64,000 nt of DNA from Albugo candida (taxonomy: Eukaryota), in the NCBI GenBank assembly GCA_040437565.1, contig JBDOQK010000002.1, positions 496,001-560,000 on the forward strand, in the 5' to 3' direction. Positions 46,720-58,558 of this stretch are shown here, piece after piece. A model generated the notes under the pieces. It was not told where the DNA came from and made no database searches. It was given only the letters and a program-made list of their open reading frames with translations. The position numbers and the translations under genes were made by a program. How positions within the stretch are numbered: the first letter of the stretch is position 1; the number at the start of each line of letters is the position of its first letter.

Positions 46720-49098
46720 ATGTCTGCTACCGACGAGAATGTCGAGGACTTGACGCCTTCACGTACACTAGTGAACGGTATTCGGATTTATTTTTCAGTC
46801 GCTCTTGTCGGATGGCTTGCTTTCGAAATAGCGCGCAAGAGAATGCTTCGGACTTACTACTGTCGGGATTACTCGGCAGAATGGAAGCATTCTCTGATCG
46901 GCTCATTGCAGCAGCAACGATGGTTCACATGGTTGTACTCGCTCTATATGGTCAAGGATGACTGGATCTTGATGAATTGTGGAATGGACGCCTTGTTCTA
47001 TCTTCGATTTCTACGAATGTGTCAGAAAATTGCGATGTGTGGAATGTTTCTGTCAGGGATGCTATTTCCTCTTTACCACTATGCTGCTTCTGATTCTGCG
47101 GATACCTTGTACAAGCTTACACTATCTCATTTGGTCAGCACCTCTGGGGAATGGAGATTTTGGTTTCCTTTGCTGGCCTTGGTCGCTATGTCTTTCTTCA
47201 CACTGTATTTGCTGGGCAAGGAGTACGAACAGTATGTCATTCGTCGTCACGAATTTCTCGGTAGGCAAGCGTTGCAGCAGTACTCAGTCGTTATAACGGG
47301 CTTGCCTTCATATCTACGACAACCACAAGTGCTTCGGAAATACATGGATGATTTATTTCCGGACTCTGTGCTTCATGTATACATTGCTGTCGAATGCAGC
47401 CACTTGGAATTGCTTGTACGGGAACGAACTAGAATCTGCAACCAGCTTGAGCATTCGCTTGCACTCTCTGCCCACAAAAGTGATCGTGTGCTGCTTCCAC
47501 TAAAAGTGAGCCGCTGTTGGAAGGGTGACTCGACGTCTGTTGATGCGATCGATCATTATCAGAGTCGACTGGATACGCTGAATACGGCAGTGCTTAACGA
47601 AGCTCGCCGCTTATCGAAATTCGAGGAATCGGGACCAACACAAGATTTTCAAATCGGACCCATAACATCAGCTGTTGAAGTCTTAGCATTTACTGAAAAC
47701 AATGAGTATCAAGCTCTACACTCACCGAGCGATAACGATTCGAAACTGAGACGCAAGGAAAAATCTGGCATCAGTACTGAAATGCTGCATGATGATAGCA
47801 GTGTAAGTAATCCAGTCGATGGGATGCTGGGATGTGCTTTTGTTACTTTTAATAACTTGCGAGCAACACAGGCGGCTCAGCAAGTGCTCCAGTGTGCCGA
47901 TCCTACACACATGATAGTAGAAGAAGCACCTCCTCTCGAAGAAGTTCTGTGGCAAAATGTCGGTGTATCGCACACACAAAAATTGACCTTCTTCATGATT
48001 TCCTTTGCCCTCACCTGTGGGATTATTCTTTTTTGGACGATACCGACCTCACTAGTTGTATCATTGGCAAATGTCGATCAATTGCAAAAAAAGTGGAAAT
48101 GGCTCCGTGACGTCGTCGCCGATAATCATTGGATATCTGCAGTACTTGAACAAGTGGCTCCGCTTGTCATGGTCATCATGAGCTCTATGGCCCCAATGAT
48201 TTTCGGCATACTTTCCAAACGTGAAGGTCATGCATCAGAATCGAAAGTGAACTCCTCATTGTTCAACAAACTGGTATCTTATCAGTCATTTGTGACCTTT
48301 CTACTCCCTTTGATTGTCGACTCGCTTGTCCAGAGTATAACTACTTTTGCGAAAGATTTTGGTGCACTGGTCAACACCCTTAGTGGGACAATTCCAGTCA
48401 AATCATCTTATTATATGTCTTATGTGATCATTCAATTGGGCCTAAACATGACATTGGAGCTTTTACGTGTCGTTCCAATTGTGAAAGGGACAATCTACGA
48501 CATGTTTGCGCCAAAGTTGACCGCAAAACAGCGCGAGTCTGCTTGGTTCGGTCTCCAACCTGTTCACCGCCCAGGTCCTTACGAAATTTGTGGTCCATTG
48601 TCCGAAGTTTTTTTGGTGCTCATTTTGATTTTGGTCTTTGCTCCAATCGCTCCAATGATGTGCTACGTTTGCTTACTATACTTTTCTCTATCGGAACTCA
48701 TCAATCGCTGGTCATTTATTTGTGTATTCGATCCACGTCCACACAGCTCGGCTGATTTTTTCCCGTCTGTTTATCGCTTTTGCATCGGTGCCGTCTTGCT
48801 ATCTCAGTTTGTTATGGCTGGATTGCTCGCGCTCAAAAAAGTACCGGCACCAGCGGCCGTCGCTTTGCTACTACCAATCGCAACTATAGCCTACCACATG
48901 TTCATAGCATCGCGATATGTTCGTCCAGCCAAGAACCTTCCGCTCGACAAATGTACGCTTGTAGACGCTCGACGAGCGCGCAAAATGGAAATGCTGACAA
49001 GCGTTTTGGAGGAAAGCTACAAGCAACCCGCATTGGCGGAATGTGGTCCAGTGAAGCCTGATTACAGCAACCTTGGTAGTGAGTGCAACAATGTCTGA
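46720..49098 (+). CDS. OSCA/CSC1/TMEM63 osmosensitive Ca2+-permeable channel
   Basis: CGMDALFYLRFL, YSVVITGLP, CAFVTF, APPLEEVLWQN, FWTIP, IPVKSSYYMSYV and multiple TM helices. Confidence 0.93.
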   Translation: MSATDENVEDLTPSRTLVNGIRIYFSVALVGWLAFEIARKRMLRTYYCRDYSAEWKHSLIGSLQQQRWFTWLYSLYMVKDDWILMNCGMDALFYLRFLRMCQKIAMCGMFLSGMLFPLYHYAASDSADTLYKLTLSHLVSTSGEWRFWFPLLALVAMSFFTLYLLGKEYEQYVIRRHEFLGRQALQQYSVVITGLPSYLRQPQVLRKYMDDLFPDSVLHVYIAVECSHLELLVRERTRICNQLEHSLALSAHKSDRVLLPLKVSRCWKGDSTSVDAIDHYQSRLDTLNTAVLNEARRLSKFEESGPTQDFQIGPITSAVEVLAFTENNEYQALHSPSDNDSKLRRKEKSGISTEMLHDDSSVSNPVDGMLGCAFVTFNNLRATQAAQQVLQCADPTHMIVEEAPPLEEVLWQNVGVSHTQKLTFFMISFALTCGIILFWTIPTSLVVSLANVDQLQKKWKWLRDVVADNHWISAVLEQVAPLVMVIMSSMAPMIFGILSKREGHASESKVNSSLFNKLVSYQSFVTFLLPLIVDSLVQSITTFAKDFGALVNTLSGTIPVKSSYYMSYVIIQLGLNMTLELLRVVPIVKGTIYDMFAPKLTAKQRESAWFGLQPVHRPGPYEICGPLSEVFLVLILILVFAPIAPMMCYVCLLYFSLSELINRWSFICVFDPRPHSSADFFPSVYRFCIGAVLLSQFVMAGLLALKKVPAPAAVALLLPIATIAYHMFIASRYVRPAKNLPLDKCTLVDARRARKMEMLTSVLEESYKQPALAECGPVKPDYSNLGSECNNV

Positions 49099-49558
49099 TC
49101 GCTCTCAGATCAGAGCATTTAGGGGTGAGCTGCATTTGAATATATCGTAAATGTTGATTTTGGCAGAGTTTGGTTCTCCGACTCGCTTTTAATTCTTTGA
49201 TTTCTGGCAAAAATTCACGAGATGGAGTGCGATCCATCCGATCCATTATTACTTGACTGTGAGTAAGACTTATTTCCGCACTGCCAGATGTAATGTTGGC
49301 CTGTAACATTTTAAATTAGGTCGTACGTTATGCGGAAGATGAAAAATTAAAACTGGATTGTTTATCATTTACAAGAATGTATGCCAGAGTGCAGAGAAAA
49401 TTTGCTGGAAAATTTATCCATTGGCAAAACGGCAGAAAATTAGATGCGTGTAATTTGACTCGCTCTATTTTCTCCAATTATTGCATGTTCTCCATCCCTT
49501 CGAGTGGCAGCATCAATCCGCAATCTTAGATTTGCAACCATTTGAACACTCGTAATAT

Positions 49559-50677
49559 ATGATAATGTCAACTGAGTATTTCGTGAAGCGATCGTTACAT
49601 CTCCGCGAGAACGGCGCACAATGCGTCGATGTTGTTGGTTGCGTTACCGATCCCAACTTGCAGCTTGCGGATAAACACACGGATGTAATTGCTAGCGAAT
49701 CACTACGCCACACAGCATTAAGAGAACTTGATGTATACCTTACAATCACCGATATAATTCTTGCCAATCCAAGCGAAGCGAAAGCGAAGGGCGCCAGTGC
49801 AATACCAAAGTTTTACGGCTATCATTTGAGTAAACACCGACTACATCTGCTCCATGAATTCTGCGAAGAAGGTGATCTTATTACAATATCTCAGAACCAC
49901 AGCTCTGTTTTTTCTGAGAACCGAACGGAAAGACATATCCGCCACACGTTTACTCAAATTTGTAAAGGCGTTAGTTTTTTGCACAATATGTGTGGAGTTG
50001 TTCATTTAGATTTGTCACTGGAGAATCTGCTACTGACCAAGGATGGGGACATTCGCATTTGTGACTTTGGCCACTCGGAACGAACGGGAAGAAGTGCTGT
50101 GTGTGACGACGTACGAAAGGTGTGGCCGAAAAGTGTCGGCAAAAAAGCGTATGCAGCTCCGGAACTACACGAGTACGCTTCCGTGGATGGGGAGAAGGCA
50201 GATTCATGGTCTTTGGGGGTCATATTATACATGTTGGCGACCAGGGTTTCCTTACTCCATGTTGCGACAGTAGAAGATTTAACCTTCTGTCAACTAATCA
50301 AGTATGGTAGCATAGTTGCGCTGAAAAAAACTGGGCATCTAGACGCCACCTCACCGCAACTTTTAGATCTTCTAGCAAATCTCTTGGTCATTGACCCCAG
50401 AAAGAGGATGAGTGTGGATTCAGCGCTTAGACATCCTTGGATGGTATCGAACAATGCAGTACGATCGAATTTAAGAAGGACTTCGGCACGCAGGCGACTC
50501 TCATCGTCATCATCCTTTCAGCCTCGATGCGGGTTGCGATTTGCGCAAATTTGTGAAGGAAAGAGATCACGAAAACTTCGGAGCTTTTCGGAGAGTAATG
50601 AAGTTACACCAATAGCAAAGAGGGATCGTCCTTCCGATATAACTCGTTACTCTTACGGAACCGTATTGTGTGGTTAA
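49559..50677 (+). CDS. Atypical CAMK-group-like protein kinase (HLDLSLEN type)
   Basis: EFCEEGDL, HLDLSLENLL, ICDFG, VGKKAYAAPE, DSWSLG, DPRKR and HPW. No Gly-rich loop is visible. Confidence 0.85.
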   Translation: MIMSTEYFVKRSLHLRENGAQCVDVVGCVTDPNLQLADKHTDVIASESLRHTALRELDVYLTITDIILANPSEAKAKGASAIPKFYGYHLSKHRLHLLHEFCEEGDLITISQNHSSVFSENRTERHIRHTFTQICKGVSFLHNMCGVVHLDLSLENLLLTKDGDIRICDFGHSERTGRSAVCDDVRKVWPKSVGKKAYAAPELHEYASVDGEKADSWSLGVILYMLATRVSLLHVATVEDLTFCQLIKYGSIVALKKTGHLDATSPQLLDLLANLLVIDPRKRMSVDSALRHPWMVSNNAVRSNLRRTSARRRLSSSSSFQPRCGLRFAQICEGKRSRKLRSFSESNEVTPIAKRDRPSDITRYSYGTVLCG

Positions 50678-51946
50678 AATTGTGTCTCATCAGCAGCACC
50701 TCCAAAGAGTAAAGGGATGATGCAGTTGGATGCTTCTACACGTTTGATCATCACAATATGCCTTCTTGGAAAGCAAGAAAGGATGAAATGAGATGCACGT
50801 TTCCGGCTTTGCGCATACTAGCTTTCACTCATCCATGAGAAGTCGCAGCTTATGTATTTACAATCGCGAATACCAACACGGCTGTCGGGTATCAGAGCGT
50901 TAATGCTCAGACGGATAAGCGATCTTTGAATATAAACTTTTCCGACTTTATTGCTACAGGCTTTGTGCTTCTCTAAGAGTATACAATGAGGAACCGGCAT
51001 CGGTAATCTCATTGCCGATATGTCCCATTCCTTCAGCGAAAATGACTGCGTTAAGCTCGTGCTACTGGCCTGCCTTAGACACCACAGTAGTGACACTAAC
51101 GCACTTACCTTCAACATTACGTTCAGTCGATCACCAGCAGTCAGATATTTGAGCAAGATGAATAGAGATAATTCCAGCGGAATGAGTTGAAGAAAATCAG
51201 CAGTTTAATGACGTCTTAGTCAACTATCAGGTAGTGATCCCGAAAAATGTCCAGCTGTTGCTCAGCCAATAGCAAAATTTCTGTCTCCTGACGCGACAGT
51301 AGGACCCGCACGCTACACCGCAAAAATCTGTCCATTCGGATTCACAGTCTGTTCTATTTTTCGTGGATTTGATTTGCTTCCAACCTGATTACTTCTTACG
51401 ATAAGAAATTTGGGCTGTTCAAGTTCCCACAAGCGTGCCGCATTGATAATGAATTGTCGACGCACTTCACGCTTCTAATTTGGCCGTTTCATTTGAGTTT
51501 CATGAGGTCATGGAAGCCTGAGAGTAAGGGTTATCTGGTTTGGTTAGCAGTCGTGCCTCGAAATACTGCTGGCAACTGTATGAGTGAGGGTTTGTATGTA
51601 GAAGGTTTTTCATCGTTCCAGAACGATGGATTGTCAGTGAAGGGTGCACAAGTCATCAGGAGGGTGTACTCTAACGGTATGAAATTTGGCAAAGAGAATC
51701 AGTTCCTGCGATACTTGATAGTTCGGAAAAAAGGCAGACAGATACTCAGGTTGTCAATATAGCGAAATAAGTGATTCTGGAGGACATTTAGAGAAAATTT
51801 TGAAAGAAAGAAGAACATGAGCAATGAGGTATCCAAATACGATGGTTATAACGGTTTGATTAGTAAATTCTCCTCTTTCTGTGGGGCCAACTGCAATAGC
51901 AATCTTATTAATTCTGCTGCCATTCTGCGCAGATTTCAAGCAATAT

Positions 51947-54346
51947 ATGTCATCTCCCACTGTCTCGTCGTGTTTCGACGAATTTGAAACTCAGAAAGAC
52001 CAAATTCTGAGTCGCTCGGTGCAGAGCGATAAAGCCGCCTTATGTAATGTCGCTGATGAAAAGCATCAGCAATTAGATTTTCTCACAGATTTAGTGGAGG
52101 AAAAAGATAACGTGGGTAACGTTTCATGCTATGAGAACAATAAATGAACTCAGCAGGTTTATGAGCACAGGAATTATGTCAAGCAGCCGCATACGGCCTC
52201 GATTTATTGCAGAGAAACGAAGATTTACAAGTACAGATGGCCTCCATGAGAATCCAGCACGAAACGGAAATGCATGATATCATTGTATCTCAAGAAAGGC
52301 TTCATCGTCGCTATGAGGACGCATTGACAGAAAGGAAGCAGTGGAAAGCACGGTACTGTCAGGCACAAGAAGAATTAGAATTCGTCGAAGAGAAACTAGA
52401 ACAAATAAGTGCAGTATGTGAGGCTAATCACATTAAACGCGAACGGTAAGGCAACCTCAGCATTTCATTTGTTCATGTCATGAAAGCAGTATCACATGTG
52501 TAGTCATAATTTGCTGATGCGAGAAGCCAGAGGGAGAATTCAGGAATTAGAAGTAAAACTTTTGCAGATCGAGAGGCAAGACAATTCAATGCCTCAGACT
52601 GAGATTCACTCGAGCGTCGTGAGAGAAAACTCTGCGCAGGAGCAATACTCCCAAATGATGCTTCAACGCTTGCAAGATGAAAATGCGCGATTACGACTAG
52701 CAAATTCGAAATTGTTTTCAGCGAAGACAACGCTGGAAATGTCTCAAGCAATTCATGATAACATGTGTAAGAAGTTGAAAGACGCGAATGAAGCTCTTCG
52801 CGCCGAAGTTGACGAATTAAGATGCCAGGATCAGGAAAGAATGCAAGCATTCCAGTCCGTAACGTCCAAGTGCATCAGATTAGAGCGTGAAATTGGATTA
52901 TTGGACCACATCTCCAACATGTCATTGGAAGTACTGCACGTAGATTATCGGGAACCAGGGGTGACTATGGAAAATATATTGCGTGAAAAACGAAGCTCTT
53001 GTAGNNNNNNNNNNNNNNNNNNNNNNNNNNNNNNNNNNNNNNNNNNNNNNNNNNNNNNNNNNNNNNNNNNNNNNNNNNNNNNNNNNNNNNNNNNNNNNNN
53101 NNNNTGTAGTCATAATTTGCTGATGCGAGAAGCCAGAGGGAGAATTCAGGAATTAGAAGTAAAACTTTTGCAGATCGAGAGGCAAGACAATTCAATGCCT
53201 CAGACTGAGATTCACTCGAGCGTCGTGAGAGAAAACTCTGCGCAGGAGCAATACTCCCAAATGATGCTTCAACGCTTGCAAGATGAAAATGCGCGATTAC
53301 GACTAGCAAATTCGAAATTGTTTTCAGCGAAGACAACGCTGGAAATGTCTCAAGCAATTCATGATAACATGTGTAAGAAGTTGAAAGACGCGAATGAAGC
53401 TCTTCGCGCCGAAGTTGACGAATTAAGATGCCAGGATCAGGAAAGAATGCAAGCATTCCAGTCCGTAACGTCCAAGTGCATCAGATTAGAGCGTGAAATT
53501 GGATTATTGGACCACATCTCCAACATGTCATTGGAAGTACTGCACGTAGATTATCGGGAACCAGGGGTGACTATGGAAAATATATTGCGTGAAAAACGAA
53601 GCTCTTGTAGCGCTGAAGATTCTTGCCCTACATCATCATGTGGAAAAGCTGGGCAGACATGTGCGACAAGCCACGTAAAAGTGTTGAATCAAGATCAAGC
53701 GCATGCAATCGTAACGAGCATGTCACTCGTGGAGGGTCCCTGTAACCATCGAATCAGTGAAGGTCAACTCAGTTCGGTTCTATACAATCTGCTCAACTCC
53801 AGTGCAGCAAGTGAGCCCAAAAATACTATCCGAGATAAGAAAATCAATTCACAAATGCTGGCAACGCATGAAAAGTTATATCACTACTTTCATCTGACGG
53901 CTCAAAGTATCATTCACGAGGGATCGTCTCATGATAAGCTTTTCCCGTCTTCGAGCCGATTTGCGATCGATCAATGGTATCGTGAAGTCGTCACCAAAGA
54001 TATCTCATTCCTGCTATGGCACCCTTGGCTCAGTAAACGAATCGCTCATTTGAGAGCAGCCTTTCAAGATTCTACGGTATCGAAATGTCAAGTCAAGTCA
54101 AAATCATTCAGTTTCTTGCGTCGTTTGCATTGGCGTTCCAATCCGCAGACTCTCGACGACAGCAGTAGCATAATGCACAATCGAAGGCAAGTCAGTCGGC
54201 CTTCTTGTCATCCCTCTTTGGTGTCAAAAGCGATTCAAGCACAATCACAGTCGGCAGCGTTGTTATTTTTCCAGAAGAGATTACCTCAAAAAAAGAAAAG
54301 GTCAAGTACGAATCGATCACAGCCTAAAAATAAAGCTGGCTTGTAA
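51947..54346 (+). CDS. Coiled-coil protein with CC1-box-like motif
   Basis: Exons joined by introns 52112-52170 and 52446-52503. EKDN|ELCQAAAYGLDLLQRNEDL is followed by long heptads. 52499-53004 is duplicated at 53105-53610 across a gap. Confidence 0.7.
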
Positions 54347-54410
54347 TCGAATGAGATCAGCTCGATTTGATCCATGTACATCATGGCTGCATGATTATAG
54401 CATTTTCGAT

Positions 54411-55566
54411 TTATATCGGAAGCAACAAATGAGATAATGGAATGGAAACAATCAGAGATGCCCCGAGGATAATCGTCAGACGTGCCAGATTGTCGGGTAT
54501 ATCTCGAAGTTTCTCGTGGCGAAAGGCTTCGGTGATTTCTTTCAGTTTAGGCATCAGAAAAAGCAATCCAAAGTTGGTAAGGTACCCGCACATCAAACTG
54601 CTCAAAAACAAAAGTCCCATGGCGGACGCGATGAAGAGGATGCATACACGGAAAGTACGCTCAAATCCCATAGCTTTTGCAAGTGACTCGTTCGATTTGG
54701 CAAGCTTTTCCGAAATGGGTGCGTCACACGCGCTCTGAGCAAGCTAATATAATATTAGCACGGACGCTCAACTTTGATTTAAGTGAAGAATTGAAGTGCT
54801 TACCTCAAATGCTATAGTGTACATAAAAACAATACACCCATAAACACCAACAATGAAAGGAACTTTATAGATCAAAAAGTAGGAGGTCGCAGCCATAGTA
54901 AATGGTCCAATCAACAATGCAGCTGCAATTTCTGTGAATCCAGTCCACCATCGTACCTTTTTGGACATTGCCGCACAATAGAAAACGATTGCCGAGAGCA
55001 CGCAGGGTAAGACTGCCGCTTGCAATCGCTTCGTCCATGCGACATGCGATTTTTTCGAAATACTTGACCATTGACTCCCCACTGCTATAATAACCACCAA
55101 CCCGTACAGTAAACAAGCCCAACGACGAATTTGTGTCGATGATAGTAGACTAAACATTGGGGCGGTTAAGCATACAAACTAGAATAGTAGTGTGAGGATT
55201 GACCGTACTTGAGCACAACTTTAGGAGGTTCTGCATTCTGGGCTGAATCACTACGCTTGATTGTCATTCCGTGATACAGTTGCCGCATCAGTTTTGTATT
55301 GCCATTCGACGCATAAAGGTTGTGGATACTCTGGGTCGATATAGCCAGCGCTATAACACTCAAAGACTGGAGGGTAAGAATCCAGCGAGAATCTACAAGG
55401 ATTCGATACTAGGCATGAAATTTCATTCCACTGGTCGCCACTGACCGACAGATAACCGATGCACCAGAATTATCGTTAGCAGAACAGGAAGTAGGGAAAT
55501 GTACCAGTTCTCGGGCTGCACGGCAATACGCTTATAAAAACATAGTGAGAGGTGATGGAGAACCAT
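54411..55566 (-). CDS. UbiA-superfamily (UBIAD1/MenA-like) membrane protein, divergent
   Basis: Four exons. QPENWYISLLPV resembles RP....S..PV; also GPFTMAATSYF, SLAKAMG and AFRHEKLRDIPDNLARLTIILG (UBIAD1-like end). About 8 TM segments. Confidence 0.6.
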
Positions 55567-55708
55567 CCTGGCGCGATGTGTGTGTACATACCAAGCTCTT
55601 TTGATATGCAGACATGAAAGGCCCTGACACAATTAACTCTCAATATTATCAATCAATTTCTGTGAGTAAAACGTCACTTTTATGTGGTGCATAATCACTC
55701 GACTTTCA

Positions 55709-58558
55709 TTATTTTGTAATTACCCGAACTCCTAACGCTGTGATATTATGAATATCCTTCGTGCTGGGCTGCCGGATAAACATCATGTTGAGGGGTATTT
55801 TCATGTGATGAGACAAATACTGCACGACATCTGGATATAATAGTCCATTCGTAAGCATGCTGCCGCTTATTTGTACGCTGATAAAATCGATCGTGAGCTT
55901 CGGGTACATCAGATCAAACATTGCGACCATTTCGCGGAAGTCTTGCAATCGTCCCGCGAGAACCCGTACATCTTTAATTCTTGAATTTTCTGAAGGGGAA
56001 TCGGGTACTTCAGGACAAATGTGGACAATACGTAATGTGTGTGTTTGTTCATTGCGTCGGACATACAAGACTGCCTTGTTGATGATAGATAGATCAGGAT
56101 ACTTGCAGTAGAAAACGATCGGAGGAGAATGAATTGTTCGTAGTACTCGAACGATTGTCTGGCCGCCTTTTGCTCCTGTTCTTTCGATATTGGCGTGCGT
56201 TGTTAGCCGACCACAAATTGAGCTTGGTGAGTAGCTTTCTGTGGATGGACAAATTCGTTGCAATGCAAACAAAAGAACGCGGAGGAGGAACGTTCGATCT
56301 AGCATGATGAAAACAATAGCTGCGAAAACGATAAAGTAGATCGAAAAATACGTCAAAATTGCAGGATCTCCCAACAAGTTTCCACATAATCCAACCAAAA
56401 CCATACAGAAGCCAAAGATACAATTCCACCATGGTGCGGAGATATCACGTGGAATATTCTCCCGCTTGAGCTTTAGTAGCATGCATCCGAAAGCGAACAG
56501 CGCCATGACACCGAGGAAGGCAAACGTGAAGACACCTGCGAGAATGGTGGCATCAGCATTGAGTAAGAGGACCAGACTGGACTGCAATACAAAGAATGAA
56601 ATGATTATGTTGTGATTAGTATGACGATAAGAATTCTCATGCGTGAAAAACTCTGGAAGAACTCGATCATAGGCTAGTCGACGAGCCAAGCCAGTGATGC
56701 CAACGTAAGAGGTTAATACTCCTCCGGCCAAGACAATAAAGGCATCCAAGGAGACCCAAGTAGAAAGAAACTTGCCTCCGCATTCTTCAGCCATTAATGC
56801 CAAAACCACATCTTTATTCGAAATGATGCCACCAGCTCCACCCAATGGAAGCACGGCCAATGCCAAACACGAGAGAGTGAAATTGAAAACAGTTGCAAAC
56901 AGCCACATATTTCGTAATGTTTTACGAAAGACACCTGGTTGTTGCTGTTCAATAAATTGCGCGGAAGTCTCGAAACCGGTGATGCCAAGCATCGCTGAGC
57001 TGTACCCGAAAAAGATAGCGGTCCAGAAGTTACCTTGAAACATCGTTCCGGCGATGTCTATGGAAGGATATGCAGTATTCACGTTATCCCAAAAAATACC
57101 CGGAGTTTTTGTAATGACATGTTTGGCACATATCACACTCAAAAGTGTTAATGTGACAACATGAAAACAAAAGATGAGAAGAGCAATCAAAGCACTTTCT
57201 CCAATACCGACAATTGAAATCCCGGCGAAAAATGATAAGAGGAGAATCGTACTCCAAACGATGGAGACCTCCACTTGCGTATTGAGATACTGCACCGCAC
57301 TAGTCGCAGAGACAACTCCAGTCGCCAAGTATGATATAATGCCAAGTGTTGCGGCTATAGCAGCCGTTCGCTTAGAAGTCGTGTTGAGTAAAACATTGTA
57401 CGACCCACCATTTAGNNNNNNNNNNNNNNNNNNNNNNNNNNNNNNNNNNNNNNNNNNNNNNNNNNNNNNNNNNNNNNNNNNNNNNNNNNNNNNNNNNNNN
57501 NNNNNNNNNNNNNNNTTACGAAAGACACCTGGTTGTTGCTGTTCAATAAATTGCGCGGAAGTCTCGAAACCGGTGATGCCAAGCATCGCTGAGCTGTACC
57601 CGAAAAAGATAGCGGTCCAGAAGTTACCTTGAAACATCGTTCCGGCGATGTCTATGGAAGGATATGCAGTATTCACGTTATCCCAAAAAATACCCGGAGT
57701 TTTTGTAATGACATGTTTGGCACATATCACACTCAAAAGTGTTAATGTGACAACATGAAAACAAAAGATGAGAAGAGCAATCAAAGCACTTTCTCCAATA
57801 CCGACAATTGAAATCCCGGCGAAAAATGATAAGAGGAGAATCGTACTCCAAACGATGGAGACCTCCACTTGCGTATTGAGATACTGCACCGCACTAGTCG
57901 CAGAGACAACTCCAGTCGCCAAGTATGATATAATGCCAAGTGTTGCGGCTATAGCAGCCGTTCGCTTAGAAGTCGTGTTGAGTAAAACATTGTACGACCC
58001 ACCATTTAGAGGTATCGCCGTAACAGCTTCTTCATAAATATAGCGGAAAAAATATAAAACTACGGACACCAAAAGCTGTGCTATTGGCATCAGCTTGCCG
58101 GACTTTGAAGCAACGATTCCACTCGAGTACAGTACGCTTGCTAAGATGTCGTTTCCACAAATTGCAGTTGAAGGCCATTCCGATAGACTGTGAGTCAATT
58201 TTTGCTGCTTCTTTTGATCTTCGCAGTACTCCTGTATCTCATGACCAGATAGATAAATATCTTGAGCAGTTCCAGCAGGAGGGTACATCCAAAGCGGTAC
58301 GAGAGAAGTAGAGCCTTCTTTGCGTACAGTTTCGAAAGGTTCAAAGCGAGCTCTTATCTTAAAATTGCGAATATCTGACGATTTGGACGTCCCGGAGGGA
58401 TTAGAGGCATTTTTTTCACAACGGTGTCGCAGGTTGCCATTTTCGGATTTGTCTGGTGAAGAAAGCAGCTCGACACACAGCTCTTCCATCGGACGGCGTC
58501 GCGTATTGTACTCTGCAAATATGTTCGACCCGTGTGGGCGAGATGACGCCTTCGTCAT
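55709..58558 (-). CDS. APC-superfamily amino acid permease
   Basis: TAICGNDI, AIPLNGGSYNVLLNTTSK, MLGITGFETSAQFIEQQ.PGVF and RLAYDRVLP. The 949-aa ORF includes an in-frame 594-nt artefact (56922-57415 repeated at 57516), so the real length is ~751 aa. Confidence 0.92.
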   Translation of the reverse strand: MTKASSRPHGSNIFAEYNTRRRPMEELCVELLSSPDKSENGNLRHRCEKNASNPSGTSKSSDIRNFKIRARFEPFETVRKEGSTSLVPLWMYPPAGTAQDIYLSGHEIQEYCEDQKKQQKLTHSLSEWPSTAICGNDILASVLYSSGIVASKSGKLMPIAQLLVSVVLYFFRYIYEEAVTAIPLNGGSYNVLLNTTSKRTAAIAATLGIISYLATGVVSATSAVQYLNTQVEVSIVWSTILLLSFFAGISIVGIGESALIALLIFCFHVVTLTLLSVICAKHVITKTPGIFWDNVNTAYPSIDIAGTMFQGNFWTAIFFGYSSAMLGITGFETSAQFIEQQQPGVFRXXXXXXXXXXXXXXXXXXXXXXXXXXXXXXXXXXLNGGSYNVLLNTTSKRTAAIAATLGIISYLATGVVSATSAVQYLNTQVEVSIVWSTILLLSFFAGISIVGIGESALIALLIFCFHVVTLTLLSVICAKHVITKTPGIFWDNVNTAYPSIDIAGTMFQGNFWTAIFFGYSSAMLGITGFETSAQFIEQQQPGVFRKTLRNMWLFATVFNFTLSCLALAVLPLGGAGGIISNKDVVLALMAEECGGKFLSTWVSLDAFIVLAGGVLTSYVGITGLARRLAYDRVLPEFFTHENSYRHTNHNIIISFFVLQSSLVLLLNADATILAGVFTFAFLGVMALFAFGCMLLKLKRENIPRDISAPWWNCIFGFCMVLVGLCGNLLGDPAILTYFSIYFIVFAAIVFIMLDRTFLLRVLLFALQRICPSTESYSPSSICGRLTTHANIERTGAKGGQTIVRVLRTIHSPPIVFYCKYPDLSIINKAVLYVRRNEQTHTLRIVHICPEVPDSPSENSRIKDVRVLAGRLQDFREMVAMFDLMYPKLTIDFISVQISGSMLTNGLLYPDVVQYLSHHMKIPLNMMFIRQPSTKDIHNITALGVRVITK

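Noticed and set aside
50818..51156. 112-aa minus-strand ORF
   Set aside because: Non-ATG start and no recognisable motif; may be a decayed element but is unsupported.
52499..53610. Internal ~168-aa tandem repeat in the coiled-coil protein
   Set aside because: Copy flanking a gap with an offset of 606 that happens to be in frame; artefact.
56922..58010. Internally duplicated TM block in the permease
   Set aside because: Gap-flanking overlap with an in-frame offset of 594.
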